Shown: piece after piece, positions 39,310-49,115 of the stretch
How the letters are laid out: every line of letters begins with the position of its first letter
Numbering within the stretch: the first letter of the stretch is position 1
NCBI GenBank assembly: GCA_963841915.1
Contig: CAWJEN010000006.1
Coordinates: 288,001 to 352,000, forward strand
Length of the DNA: 64,000 bases
From: an uncultured Planctomycetota bacterium
GTDB taxonomy: Bacteria > Planctomycetota > Phycisphaerae > Tepidisphaerales > Tepidisphaeraceae
Direction: 5' to 3'
Program-made: the position numbers and the translations under genes
Notes under the pieces: generated by a model
Told to the model about the DNA's origin: nothing
The model's database searches: none
Seen by the model: the letters and a program-made list of their open reading frames with translations, nothing else

Positions 39310-41049
39310 ATGACGGACGAACGCATCGAAGCCGACCTTGCCGCGTACGTCGACGGAGAGCTTGCGCCGTCCGAGGCCGGCGAGATCGAGGCCATGCTGG
39401 CCGGGAACCCTCGGTATGCGCGGATGGTGCAGGAGATGCAGCAGGCCAAGAGCTGGCTGACGTCGCTACCCGCCGTGGCCGTGCCACCGGGTGCCGCCGA
39501 TCTGGCCGACCCGACAATCGCCCGTCTGGAGCGCGAGGGCTTGCTCGATGAGCAGGAGCCTGACGGATACCGACGGTTCCTGACGCCCAACATCCTCGGG
39601 CTGGCGGCATCGCTGGTCGTCGTCGCGACGCTGGCGGTGACGGCGTACATCATGTTGTCGCCGAATGAGACGGTCCGTCTGGCGGGCGAAGCGAAGCCGC
39701 CTTCCCAGATCAGGATCGGCGACGAGATTCGCCAGGCACCGACGCCCTGGCTGGACGATCCGACAGACGCACCGGCCCAGACGCCACGGGACCCCGTCGA
39801 GCCGGCCGCTCGTCCCAGTGAACGACCTCTGCCCACCGACCCGGACGGCATGGCATCGGCGGTCGTGGTCGATGAGCCACCGGTGGTCGAGCCGGAGGTG
39901 TCGCTGCCTTACGTCAACGGCGAAGCGGTGCTGATTGTCGCCGAAGCCGACGCCGCCGAGGAGGCCGCCGGTCGCGTCGCCGCAGCCATGGCCCGTTCGC
40001 AAGTCGCCTTTGCCACCCGGGCGGCAACGCTCGACAAGCTGCAGCCCAACGTCGGTGAGATGCTGTGGGATCGCCTCGAGCGGGCCGATGTTGCGCCGGA
40101 CGGTGCGGCCGTGGCGTTTGCCTTTGTCGCCGCCGACGGTGTAAAGCGTCGCGACGTCACCGCCCTCGTCGCCGCCGCAACGGGCACCAGCAGCAAAGCC
40201 GTCGCTCTGTGGGATCAGGCAGCCGAACGTCAAGAGGGCTCGGCCATGGTGCTTGAAGGCGGGCCCGGCGGCGGACCGGGTGAATTTCGTGGCTTTGGCA
40301 TACCGCAACCGGCCGAGGAACCGGCCGACGACGCCGCACGACGCGTCTTTCCCAATGACGGCCTGATGCTCTACCTGCGGCGGACGTACCCCGACCGCGA
40401 GCTGCCGCAAGACCTGCCGGCGGAAGTTGCCGAGCAGCTGGCCGGAGCGGCGGCCCAACTCGCCATCACCGTGGATGCCGACGGCTTTGCCGACTTGTCA
40501 CCGCTGGGCTTGGGTCGCATAGACGCCCTTGGCATGACGACGCGTGAGCTGGCCGGTCTCGTGGAACTGGAAGTGGCACGCGAGTTTCTCGTTGCCATCG
40601 ACGGCAGCGTCGTGACGAGTCGCAAGAGCGAGGTGCCAGGCGGCAGAAGCACGCCGGTGCTGGACTTGCTGCGTGTCGATCGCAATCCCTTTACCATCGG
40701 TGACGCCGTGCGAATCGCCTTTGACGACGGGCGTCGGACAGAGGCCGTGGTGGCTCAGGACGGCCTTGTCGATCTGGGCGAGCTCGGCCGCGTCGAAGCC
40801 GACCAGAAGACGGCAGGCCAGCTGCAACGCGACCTCTTTGGTCAGGTGGATGCCGACGCCGACGAAGTACCACCGGCCGTGATGAATGTCTCCAGCCGTC
40901 GGGCTGCCGAGAAGGACGACACGGCCGACGAGGCCGTGCCCGTCTTCGTTCTTATTCTCGAAGCACCTGCCGCCCCTGCGACACGAGCGACGACCCAGCC
41001 GGTCACGCAACCCGCCACTCAGCCGTCGACTCGGCCGGTGGCGTGGTAA
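39310..41049 (+). CDS. Transmembrane anti-sigma factor with two Poly_export (Wza-like) domains
   Basis: LAAYVDGEL N-terminal anti-sigma motif, one TM, two V..DG...L..LG.....G/K.T...L repeats. Confidence 0.75.
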   Translation: MTDERIEADLAAYVDGELAPSEAGEIEAMLAGNPRYARMVQEMQQAKSWLTSLPAVAVPPGAADLADPTIARLEREGLLDEQEPDGYRRFLTPNILGLAASLVVVATLAVTAYIMLSPNETVRLAGEAKPPSQIRIGDEIRQAPTPWLDDPTDAPAQTPRDPVEPAARPSERPLPTDPDGMASAVVVDEPPVVEPEVSLPYVNGEAVLIVAEADAAEEAAGRVAAAMARSQVAFATRAATLDKLQPNVGEMLWDRLERADVAPDGAAVAFAFVAADGVKRRDVTALVAAATGTSSKAVALWDQAAERQEGSAMVLEGGPGGGPGEFRGFGIPQPAEEPADDAARRVFPNDGLMLYLRRTYPDRELPQDLPAEVAEQLAGAAAQLAITVDADGFADLSPLGLGRIDALGMTTRELAGLVELEVAREFLVAIDGSVVTSRKSEVPGGRSTPVLDLLRVDRNPFTIGDAVRIAFDDGRRTEAVVAQDGLVDLGELGRVEADQKTAGQLQRDLFGQVDADADEVPPAVMNVSSRRAAEKDDTADEAVPVFVLILEAPAAPATRATTQPVTQPATQPSTRPVAW

Positions 41050-41164
41050 GTGTCGGGAAGTCCCTTGCCGTCTGTTGACCCAAGGCCCGTACCAGCGCTA
41101 TGGTCCCGACCGCGTCCGCCGAGGCCGCGACCTCTGATTCTCCGCCGGCCTCCTCCCGACCGCC

Positions 41165-41356
41165 ATGCTTCCCGCACAACGCACCAGCAAGTCCCGCAAG
41201 CGCAGCCGCCGTAGCCACCAGGCCCTGAAGGTCCCGCACTACGTTCGCTGCAACCAGTGCGGCAATGCCAAGCTGCCCCACGCTGCCTGCGGCAGCTGCG
41301 GCTTCGTCAACCCGAAGCTGGCCCTGAAGATCGACGGCCTCGACACCGAGGCCTAG
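41165..41356 (+). CDS. rpmF: 50S ribosomal protein L32
   Basis: MLPAQRTSKSRKRSRRSH, CNQC...PHAACGSCG. Confidence 0.95.
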   Translation: MLPAQRTSKSRKRSRRSHQALKVPHYVRCNQCGNAKLPHAACGSCGFVNPKLALKIDGLDTEA

Positions 41357-41400
41357 TCGCCAAGGCTTGGGCCTAGTCGCTAAGGCTTGAACCAGGCATC

Positions 41401-41429
41401 AGCCGCGAGCAGGCTGCTCGCGGCTTTGT
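41401..41429 (+). terminator. rpmF terminator
   Basis: AGCCGCGAGCA-GGC-TGCTCGCGGCT followed by TTGT. Confidence 0.7.
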
Positions 41430-41437
41430 CGTGCGCT

Positions 41438-41848
41438 TCAGTTGGTCGGCAAAACTTCGGAGCCGCCCGCCGCGTTGCGTGCCTTGCGGGCGGCGATGAA
41501 CGACTTCACACCGACGACGATGAAGGTGACGCAAAGCGCGAACATGCCGATCAGGCTGAACGCTGCTAACCCCGAGGCCTTGCCGGGCAACACGCGGACG
41601 ATGATCGGGAACAGCGTCGCCAGCGAGCCGAAGACGGCCACGAGCAACGCCACGTGCATCGTGTGCATGAGCCAGCCCGGCTTGGCCGCGGCGAGAGCGC
41701 CGAGTAGCACAATCGGCAGGCCCGCCATCACGGGAATGAGGGCCGTCTTCGTCGACCAGTCGGCCCCACCGGCGACAAAGCCGATAAGCCCGAGCGCGAT
41801 CAGCAGTCCACCGATGATCATCGCCGTCCGCGGCATGTTCGTTGTCAT
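41438..41848 (-). CDS. Four-TM membrane protein
   Basis: Hydrophobic ORF with TALIP, HTMHVA and SFIAARK. Confidence 0.8.
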   Translation of the reverse strand: MTTNMPRTAMIIGGLLIALGLIGFVAGGADWSTKTALIPVMAGLPIVLLGALAAAKPGWLMHTMHVALLVAVFGSLATLFPIIVRVLPGKASGLAAFSLIGMFALCVTFIVVGVKSFIAARKARNAAGGSEVLPTN

Positions 41849-41902
41849 GCACAGACGGTAGAGCGTCCGCGCATGTCCGCGTGCGTCACTTCATCCGGGC
41901 CG

Positions 41903-42829
41903 TCACCCCAACTCGTTCAATGCGTCCTTCAGCACGCGAGCGCTTGCCCGTAGTTCGTCTTCTTCCGACGGTTCGAGGTGCGGCGTGAGCACTTTCATCA
42001 CGCCCCGCCGCCCGATGATGCACGGCAGGCTCAGGCACACGTCCTTGATCCCGTAAGGCCCGTCGACCAGGGTGCTGATCGGGAAGACCTCCCGCGTGTC
42101 CTGCACGATCGCCCGCACGATCATGCTCGCACAGGCGGCAATGGCGTAGTCGGTGTACCCCTTGTGCATGAACACCTCGTAACCCGCCTTACGTGCCTTG
42201 TCGAAGCGTCGGCGGATGTCTTCTTCGTCGGCAGGCAGCTTCATGCCGGCCACCGTCACCTGGCTCAGGGCAGGCACCATCGAGTCGCCGTGTTCGCCGA
42301 GGATGTAGGCACGGACGTCCAGCGGGTGCCCGCCGACGAGTTGGGCGAGCAGCTCGCGGAACCGGCCGGTGTCGATGAGCGTGCCGCTGCCGATGACGCG
42401 ACGCGGCGAAAGCTTGGCCGACCGGATGGCCACGTGCGTCATCACGTCGACCGGGTTCGTCAGGATCAGAAAGACCGCGTCCGGACTGCCGTCGGCCAGG
42501 GCGGGTAGCAGCTTCTGGAAGACCTCGTAATTGCCCTGTGCCAAGGCCAAACGATCCAGCGGCCGATCATCATTCGTCGGCGGAGCGGGAACGGAATTGG
42601 TGACGATGATGAGGTCGCTGTCGTGCGAATCCTCAATGGTCCCGCTCGTGATTTTTGCCGGCCGTGGGTTGAGGAACACGCTGGCGTGCGACAGATCCCG
42701 CGCGTGCCCCTCGGCAATCTTCGACGGGTCGCGGCTGACCAGCACCAACTCGTCTGCGAGCCCTCGCGTCACAAGCGCAAAGGCCGTCGCGGTGCCGGTT
42801 CGGCCGATGCCTGTGATGGAAATCTTCAT
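41903..42829 (-). CDS. Lactate/malate dehydrogenase family protein
   Basis: ITGIGRTG, TNPVDV, GSGTLIDTGRF, LGEHGDS. Confidence 0.92.
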   Translation of the reverse strand: MKISITGIGRTGTATAFALVTRGLADELVLVSRDPSKIAEGHARDLSHASVFLNPRPAKITSGTIEDSHDSDLIIVTNSVPAPPTNDDRPLDRLALAQGNYEVFQKLLPALADGSPDAVFLILTNPVDVMTHVAIRSAKLSPRRVIGSGTLIDTGRFRELLAQLVGGHPLDVRAYILGEHGDSMVPALSQVTVAGMKLPADEEDIRRRFDKARKAGYEVFMHKGYTDYAIAACASMIVRAIVQDTREVFPISTLVDGPYGIKDVCLSLPCIIGRRGVMKVLTPHLEPSEEDELRASARVLKDALNELG

Positions 42830-42862
42830 ACGTCTGGTGGCACCCTACGAACCCATCGAAGA

Positions 42863-42997
42863 CAGAAACGCGAAGAGGCGAAGAGGCGAAGCCGGAGCGA
42901 AGACAAGGGAAAGAAGATGTAGGAGATGGGTTCGTCACCCGTCACCCGTCACCTGCACTTCGCTCCGGCTTCGCCTCTTAGCTTTTTCGCGTTTCTG
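42863..42997. repeat. Palindromic MITE/REP-like element, copy 2
   Basis: 40-bp inverted arms (37/40 complementary) around a spacer containing three GTCACC(C/T) heptamers. Confidence 0.85.
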
Positions 42998-43004
42998 ATT
43001 CCGC

Positions 43005-44012
43005 TCATTCGCTCTGATTCTCTCCGCGTTCCAGCGCGAGCGGCTGTTTGAAGGTGAGCGTGCGGTACGGGAACGGAATCTCGATGCCTGCGGCGTCGAG
43101 GGCCTCCTTGACCGCTTCCACGACTTCGTCACGGCTTTTGCGGACATCGAGCGGCGTGCTGCCGGTCCACCACGTGACCTCGAAGTTAATCGAGCTGCTG
43201 GCAAACTCCTGGGCGAAGATTTGCACCGGCCGGGCGGCACTCTTTTGCACCGTCTCGCACGCCTTGACCGCCTTCATGATCACGCCACGCGACTCCTTGA
43301 CGCTCTCGTCGTAGGCCACGCCGACGATGATCGTCGTGCGGCGGACCTCCAGGTTGGTCCAGTTGATCGTCGGATTTGTGAAGATGACGGCATTGGGCAT
43401 GAGCACGAGATCGCCATCGACCTGGCGAAGTTCGGTCATGCGGATGTTGATGCGTTCGACCTTGCCGCAGATGCCTTCGACTTCGATCCAGTCGCCGATC
43501 TCGATCGGGAATCGCCAGAGAATGAGGACGCCTGCGATGAAGTTCTCAACAATGTCCTTGAAGGCAAAGCCCAGGACGATACCGGTGACGCCCAGGCCGG
43601 CCAGCAGGCTGCCGGGCTTGATGCTGGGGAAGATGATGGTCAGGGCGACGAGGATGCCCAGCACCCACATTGCGGTGTAGGTCAGTTGGCCGATGAGGTC
43701 GCGCAGGCTCTGCCGGAGGTGGGCGCGTTTTGCGAGATTTTTCGCCAGGCGAGAGGCAAACCGCGCCAGCACGGCGAAGATAATCAGCGCGATAACGCCG
43801 AGAACGATGTTGGGCAGAATGCGGAGGAACCCTTCCCACATTTCGTTGAGCCGGTCGAGGATCACCTTCTGGCCCTCGCCGTCCAGCAAGCTCGCCTCGT
43901 CGCCTCCGCCGGCCGGTTGGCTCGTCGGCTGCGTCGTCGCCCCGGCAGCGGCGTCCGCGCTGTCGCCGCCGGCACCGTCACCTGTGAGACCGACCAGTGC
44001 TTCAGCTTGCAT
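43005..44012 (-). CDS. mscS: Small-conductance mechanosensitive channel
   Basis: LGFAFKDIVENFIAG, IGDWIEV, PNAVIFTNP, IEIPFP. Confidence 0.9.
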   Translation of the reverse strand: MQAEALVGLTGDGAGGDSADAAAGATTQPTSQPAGGGDEASLLDGEGQKVILDRLNEMWEGFLRILPNIVLGVIALIIFAVLARFASRLAKNLAKRAHLRQSLRDLIGQLTYTAMWVLGILVALTIIFPSIKPGSLLAGLGVTGIVLGFAFKDIVENFIAGVLILWRFPIEIGDWIEVEGICGKVERINIRMTELRQVDGDLVLMPNAVIFTNPTINWTNLEVRRTTIIVGVAYDESVKESRGVIMKAVKACETVQKSAARPVQIFAQEFASSSINFEVTWWTGSTPLDVRKSRDEVVEAVKEALDAAGIEIPFPYRTLTFKQPLALERGENQSE

Positions 44013-44102
44013 CCGTAGGTTCTAGGGGCGGCTGAACCCGCGCCTCCGACTGACGACTTAGAGGAGCGGCCATCTTGCGTGGCTCTACGGTCACCCGCGT
44101 CC

Positions 44103-44753
44103 ATGCCACCTCTGCCCGCTGCCCTTCGCCCGATTCGCCTGACCGGCGGGTGGCGTGGCGTGGCTTGCCTGCCGGGTTACAACGACTTCGACCCGACCGA
44201 CACATCGGGCCCTGTTTTGAAAGACGACGGCAACAGCCGCGTCATGCTCCGGAACGGCCTGGTCATCAAACGCCCGGCCCTTCCGACCGGTACTCGAAGA
44301 TGGCTGGCTCCTTTTCGCAAACCGCGGGCGGTGCGGGCGTGGCTCAAGACCCTCGCGCTGCAACGCATCGGCCTGCCGGTCGAGACGCCTGTGCTGTTCG
44401 CCCGGCGTGGCCGCGATGCGATCGGCGTCTATCGGCTCGTCGAGGGAACGACACTGGCTGATCTTGATCTGGACACGCTGCGCAACCGTGGCGAAACCTT
44501 TGCCCGCATCGGCCGCGTGCTTCGTCAGACGGCACGGCTCGGCTGGACGCATCTCGACGCCAAGTCCACGAACTGGATCATCACGCCCGACGAGCGGCCG
44601 GTCATGATCGATTGCGACGGCTTGCGAAAGGCGGTGTTTCGCGCGAGAAGGCGTCGCGGCCTGGAGCGCTTGCTCCGCGCCCTGCGCGAGCACCCGCAGC
44701 ACGAGCTGTCCGACGAAGCGGCCGTTCTTCGCGGGTTTGCGGGACTTCCGTAA
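44103..44753 (+). CDS. Lipopolysaccharide kinase (Kdo/WaaP/InaA-like)
   Basis: VIKR, HLDAKSTNW and IDCDG kinase motifs; adjacent to a GT9 gene. Confidence 0.75.
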   Translation: MPPLPAALRPIRLTGGWRGVACLPGYNDFDPTDTSGPVLKDDGNSRVMLRNGLVIKRPALPTGTRRWLAPFRKPRAVRAWLKTLALQRIGLPVETPVLFARRGRDAIGVYRLVEGTTLADLDLDTLRNRGETFARIGRVLRQTARLGWTHLDAKSTNWIITPDERPVMIDCDGLRKAVFRARRRRGLERLLRALREHPQHELSDEAAVLRGFAGLP

Positions 44754-44799
44754 GGAGCCGTCGGCCGGCTCGCCGATAACCCGCTACGGTCGCTTCGTT

Positions 44800-45822
44800 G
44801 TGAACGAGGGGCCGCGTCGCATCGTCATCATCAAACCGTCGGCCCTGGGCGATGTCATCGGCAGCCTGCCCGTCGCGGGGCTGCTCAAAAGGCGTTACCC
44901 GGCAGCACGGCTGGCGTGGGTCATCGCGCGGCCTTTCGTGTCGCTGCTGGAAACGCACCCGCACGTCGACGAAACGATCCCGTTCGATCGCTTGCGGGAC
45001 GGCACCGCCGTGCAACAGCTCCGCTCGACCCGCCGCCTCGTCGGCGCGCTTCGCGAGGGCAAGTTCGACATGGCGATCGATTTGCAGGGCTTGTTCCGCA
45101 GCGGCTGGCTGACGTGGCGGAGCGGCGCACGGCGGCGGATCGGCTTCGACTACGCCCGCGAAGGCTCGCCTCGATTCTACAACGAGCGGGTCGCCAGCCG
45201 CGGCGAGAACCGAAACGCGGCCGAGCGATACCTTGATGTCGCCGAACACCTCGGCTGCGGCCGATTGCCCGCAGAGGCAGACATCACCACGACGCCCGAC
45301 GACGACGCCGCGGCCGATGCCTTGCTCGCCGGCCTCGACGGCAATCGATTCGCATTGCTCCTGCCCGGCACGAACTGGTCGACGAAACGGTGGCCGGCGG
45401 CGGCGTTCGAGCAGCTCGCCAGACGACTCGAGGCCGACGGCCTGGCGGTCGTTGTCGCCGGGGCCGACGATGCCAAAGACGCCGCGGCATGCATCGGTGG
45501 GCTCGACATCGTCGGCCGCACGAGCGTCCGAGAACTTGCCGCGGTCATGCGGCGTGCGTCGCTCGTCGTCGCCAACGACAGCGGCCCGATGCACCTGGCC
45601 GCGGCGCTCGGTCGCCCGCTCGTCGCGCTCTTCGGCCCGACCGACCCGCACCGCACGGGTCCGTGGCGGTCGCCCCGATCCGTCGTTCGGCTGGATGTCG
45701 TCTGCAGCCCGTGCTTCAGCCGGACGTGCGAGCACAACACTTGTCTGACGCACTTAAGCGTCGACGACGTGCACAGGCGTTGTATGCAGCAGATCGACCG
45801 GACCCTACTTACATCGCGTTGA
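44800..45822 (+). CDS. Glycosyltransferase family 9 (LPS heptosyltransferase)
   Basis: KPSALGDV, DLQGLFRS, KRWP, NDSGPMHLAAALG, LFGPT. Confidence 0.92.
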   Translation: MNEGPRRIVIIKPSALGDVIGSLPVAGLLKRRYPAARLAWVIARPFVSLLETHPHVDETIPFDRLRDGTAVQQLRSTRRLVGALREGKFDMAIDLQGLFRSGWLTWRSGARRRIGFDYAREGSPRFYNERVASRGENRNAAERYLDVAEHLGCGRLPAEADITTTPDDDAAADALLAGLDGNRFALLLPGTNWSTKRWPAAAFEQLARRLEADGLAVVVAGADDAKDAAACIGGLDIVGRTSVRELAAVMRRASLVVANDSGPMHLAAALGRPLVALFGPTDPHRTGPWRSPRSVVRLDVVCSPCFSRTCEHNTCLTHLSVDDVHRRCMQQIDRTLLTSR

Positions 45823-46285
45823 TGGCCTCGAGCACTTCGGCCTCGTGACCGGCCGGTTTGACCTTCTCGAAGACCTTGGCGACGTTGCCGTCGGCGTCGA
45901 TGACGAAGGTGGTGCGTGCGGCGCCCATGTACTTTTTGCCGTACATGCTCTTTTCCTGCCACACGCCGTACGCCTCGCACAGGGCGTGATCTTCGTCGGC
46001 AAGCAGCGGGAACGTCAAATCGTACTTGTCAGCAAACTTCATGACGTTCTTCTCCGGGTCGGGCGAGACGCCCAGGATGGCGACGCCGGCTTTCTCATAC
46101 TCGGCGGCCGAGTCGCGGAAACCGCACGCCTGCGTGGTGCAGCCGGGCGTGTCGGCCTTGGGGTAAAAGTAGAGCACCAGCGTTTTGCCCGCGTAGTCGG
46201 CGAGCTTGATCGACTTGCCCGTGCTCGACGGCAGATCGAAGTCGGGGGCGGCCGTGCCGGGCTGCGGATAGGGGGAGTCGCTCAT
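45809..46285 (-). CDS. bcp: Thioredoxin-dependent peroxiredoxin BCP
   Basis: LYFYPKADTPGCTTQACGFRD. Confidence 0.93.
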   Translation of the reverse strand: MSDSPYPQPGTAAPDFDLPSSTGKSIKLADYAGKTLVLYFYPKADTPGCTTQACGFRDSAAEYEKAGVAILGVSPDPEKNVMKFADKYDLTFPLLADEDHALCEAYGVWQEKSMYGKKYMGAARTTFVIDADGNVAKVFEKVKPAGHEAEVLEAINAM

Positions 46286-46294
46286 GGGGCAAGC

Positions 46295-47473
46295 TTAGTC
46301 GAGGGGCGAGCCGACCTTCGCCAGCAGCCACTGCTGATACGCCTCGGTGTCGAGCGGCAGATCGACCGGACGCCTTTCGTCGCCGCTTAGCAGCATCGCG
46401 TTGGCGAGTTCCACCGATGCCAACCCATCTGTGCCCTGAGCTACGACAGGCGTGCCGTCGCAAATAGCGGCGGCAAAGTTGTTGAAGATGCCCAGACGGA
46501 AAGGCGTCTGGTTTGTGTACGTCGGGCTCCCAGTGCCGCCGGGTGTCTCAACGCGTTCGGCAACGTCAACCGTGCGCAAGTTCGCCTCGCCGGTGGCATT
46601 GTGGTCGCTGATGGGTTGGTCGAGCAGGCGAAGGCGCAACGTGCCGTCTTCGGCCACGACGGTGCCGCGGTCGCCGACGACTTCGAGACGATTGGTGCCG
46701 GGCGCTTCGCCGGTCGTTGTCAGGAACGTGATGACGGGGCCGTACCGCTCGGCGTCGCGTGGCCGGCATTCGATGATGGCTGAGACTTCGTCTTCGACTT
46801 CAATGTCGTGAAACCGCCCGTACCGCGTGACGGCGGTGACGCGTTTGGGCGAGAGGCCGACCATCCACAAGAGCAGGTCCAGGTTGTGCGGCGCCTGGTT
46901 CATGAGCACGCCTCCGCCCTCATGTCGCCACGTACCGCGCCACCCACCACTGGCGTAGTAGGCCTTGGTGCGAAACCAGTCGGTGACGGTCCAATGGACC
47001 CGCTGGATCGGCCCCAGCTCGTTGCGGGCGATATCGCGAAGCCTTTGCCAGACGGGCATGAGTCGCTGCTGGAACATGGCGGCAAACACAAGGTCGGGCC
47101 GCCGTTGCCGCCCCTGGACAAAGGCGGCATTGACGCGGGCGGCACCGTCGACGCTCATCGCCACCGGCTTCTCCACCAGCACGTGCAGGCCACGCTGCAA
47201 AGCCGGCTCGGCGAAACAAATGTGCCGCGAGTGCGGTGTGGCAATGACCACCGCATCGAGCGAGGCGTCGGCAATCAGAGCGTCGGCATCGTTGTGCACC
47301 GTCACGTCGCCAACCCCATTGGCCACCGCACGGGCAAGAGCCGGGTCGTGATCACAAACCGCTGCCAGCGTCAGGCCCGGCACGTCGCCGGCGATCATCT
47401 CTGCGTGACGTCGCCCGACGTTACCGAGGCCGATGACACCAGTGCGGACAGGCAGTTCATGAACATCGGACAT
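46295..47473 (-). CDS. Gfo/Idh/MocA oxidoreductase
   Basis: GVIGLGNVG, HVLVEKP, GGGVLMNQAPHNLD. Confidence 0.92.
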   Translation of the reverse strand: MSDVHELPVRTGVIGLGNVGRRHAEMIAGDVPGLTLAAVCDHDPALARAVANGVGDVTVHNDADALIADASLDAVVIATPHSRHICFAEPALQRGLHVLVEKPVAMSVDGAARVNAAFVQGRQRRPDLVFAAMFQQRLMPVWQRLRDIARNELGPIQRVHWTVTDWFRTKAYYASGGWRGTWRHEGGGVLMNQAPHNLDLLLWMVGLSPKRVTAVTRYGRFHDIEVEDEVSAIIECRPRDAERYGPVITFLTTTGEAPGTNRLEVVGDRGTVVAEDGTLRLRLLDQPISDHNATGEANLRTVDVAERVETPGGTGSPTYTNQTPFRLGIFNNFAAAICDGTPVVAQGTDGLASVELANAMLLSGDERRPVDLPLDTEAYQQWLLAKVGSPLD

Positions 47474-47511
47474 AATGAACAACGTAGCCGCCACCGCGCC
47501 TTGAATAAATC

Positions 47512-47976
47512 GTGACTGCTTTGCTCGATCGCCTGACCCGAATCGTGCCGACGCTTTCCCCGGGCAGGCGGCGGATCTACGTCCTCAGCTTCTACGCGGC
47601 GGCGGTGTACAACCTGATCTGGGGCCTCGTCGTCATCTTCCTGCCGGCGGCGACGCTGAGCATCGCCCAGGTCGAGACGGACGCGGTCGGCCTGCTGTTC
47701 TGGCAATGCATCGGCATGTTCGTGCTCGTCTTCGCCATCGGCTACCTCGCCGCCGCCCGCCAGCCCGAACGGTTTGCCGTCTTCATCCTCATCGCCCTGC
47801 TCGGCAAAATCTTCGGCCCCATCGGCTTTGTCTACGGCGCGTTCTGGCTCGACGTGCTGCCCAAGTCACTCGGCTTCACGATTCTCACCAATGATCTCGT
47901 GTGGTGGCCCGTGTGGTTCCCATTTGTTTACGACACGTTCTTTCGAAAGACCTGCGCATCAGGCAAAGCCACCTAA
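47512..47976 (+). CDS. Hypothetical membrane protein
   Basis: AAVYNLIWG, WQCIGM, GKIFGPIG, TNDLVWW; four TMs. Confidence 0.75.
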   Translation: MTALLDRLTRIVPTLSPGRRRIYVLSFYAAAVYNLIWGLVVIFLPAATLSIAQVETDAVGLLFWQCIGMFVLVFAIGYLAAARQPERFAVFILIALLGKIFGPIGFVYGAFWLDVLPKSLGFTILTNDLVWWPVWFPFVYDTFFRKTCASGKAT

Positions 47977-49115
47977 GTGGCATTGCCCACGAGCATCAGA
48001 TCCGCTGACGCTTCGGGTGCGAAAAAGACGGGTGACGACGGGTTGAGCAGTTCGCGCAAGACATCACCCTCAAGCTCACGCGTCCCGCTGACGAACCACG
48101 GACATGCCGGTGCCTTGAGCCCGTCGTCGCCGATGTCGCCCTGCCCGCCGAACACCCACACGCGGTCGGCCAGATCGTGCGACATCAAATCTTTGGCCAG
48201 CTTCGGGCCCGGCTCGACGAGCAGGTGGCCCACGCCGCGTCGGGCGAGGTCGCGGTAGGCGTCGAGCATCGAGAACCGGCGTCCGCCGAGGCCGTTGTCG
48301 GTGGCGGGCAAACCAACGACGTCAACGCCGGGGCCGGTCACATCATGCCGTTCCCCCTCGACGGTGTAGATCAACGTCGGCGTCTCATCATCGATCAGTC
48401 GACGCTTGCCGCCAAAGTCGAGGCTGTTGCTGAACACGACGCGCAGCGGCGTCCGCATCACCGTCTCACCTCGGGCCGTCAGTTGCGGGTCATCATTCCT
48501 CACCGTGTTCGTCCCGACCGCGACCGCGTCGCATCGGCCGCGAAGGTTCTGCACGACGCGATCACTCGCGGCATTCGTGATCCGCACAGGTCGCCCTGCC
48601 TTGCCCGCGACCTTGCCGTCACGGCTGACGGCCCATTTCAGCGTCACGTAAGGGCGCCTGTGCTCAATCCTCGCGACGAACGGCGCGATGAGCTGTCGGC
48701 AAGCGCTGCCCAGCACACCGGCCTTCACCTGCACGCCGGCGTCGTGGAGCATGTCCACGCCGCCTCCGTCGACACGCGGGTTGGGGTCGAGACAGCCGAT
48801 GACGACGTCCTTCACGCCCGCCTCGATCAGTCGCGGAGCACAGGGCGGCGTCCGCTTCTCACCGCCGCTGTGGCAGCACGGCTCGAGCGTCACATAAGCC
48901 GTCGCACCACGCGCCCGCTCGCCGGCCATCGCCAAGGCCGTCGGTTCGGCATGATCGCCCCCAACTTTGGCGTGAAAGCCCTCGCCGACGATCTCGCCGT
49001 CCTTAACCAGCACGCAGCCGACCATCGGGTTCGGCTCGACCCCGCCACGCCCACGCATGGCCAGCCCGATCGCCCGCCGCATCAGCTGCTCGTCTCTCGT
49101 CGCCGCGTCATTCAC
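47973..49115 (-). CDS. ribD: Riboflavin biosynthesis deaminase/reductase
   Basis: PNPMVGC, HAE, TLEPCCH, TPPC, DDPQLTAR. Confidence 0.95.
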   Translation of the reverse strand: MNDAATRDEQLMRRAIGLAMRGRGGVEPNPMVGCVLVKDGEIVGEGFHAKVGGDHAEPTALAMAGERARGATAYVTLEPCCHSGGEKRTPPCAPRLIEAGVKDVVIGCLDPNPRVDGGGVDMLHDAGVQVKAGVLGSACRQLIAPFVARIEHRRPYVTLKWAVSRDGKVAGKAGRPVRITNAASDRVVQNLRGRCDAVAVGTNTVRNDDPQLTARGETVMRTPLRVVFSNSLDFGGKRRLIDDETPTLIYTVEGERHDVTGPGVDVVGLPATDNGLGGRRFSMLDAYRDLARRGVGHLLVEPGPKLAKDLMSHDLADRVWVFGGQGDIGDDGLKAPACPWFVSGTRELEGDVLRELLNPSSPVFFAPEASADLMLVGNAT

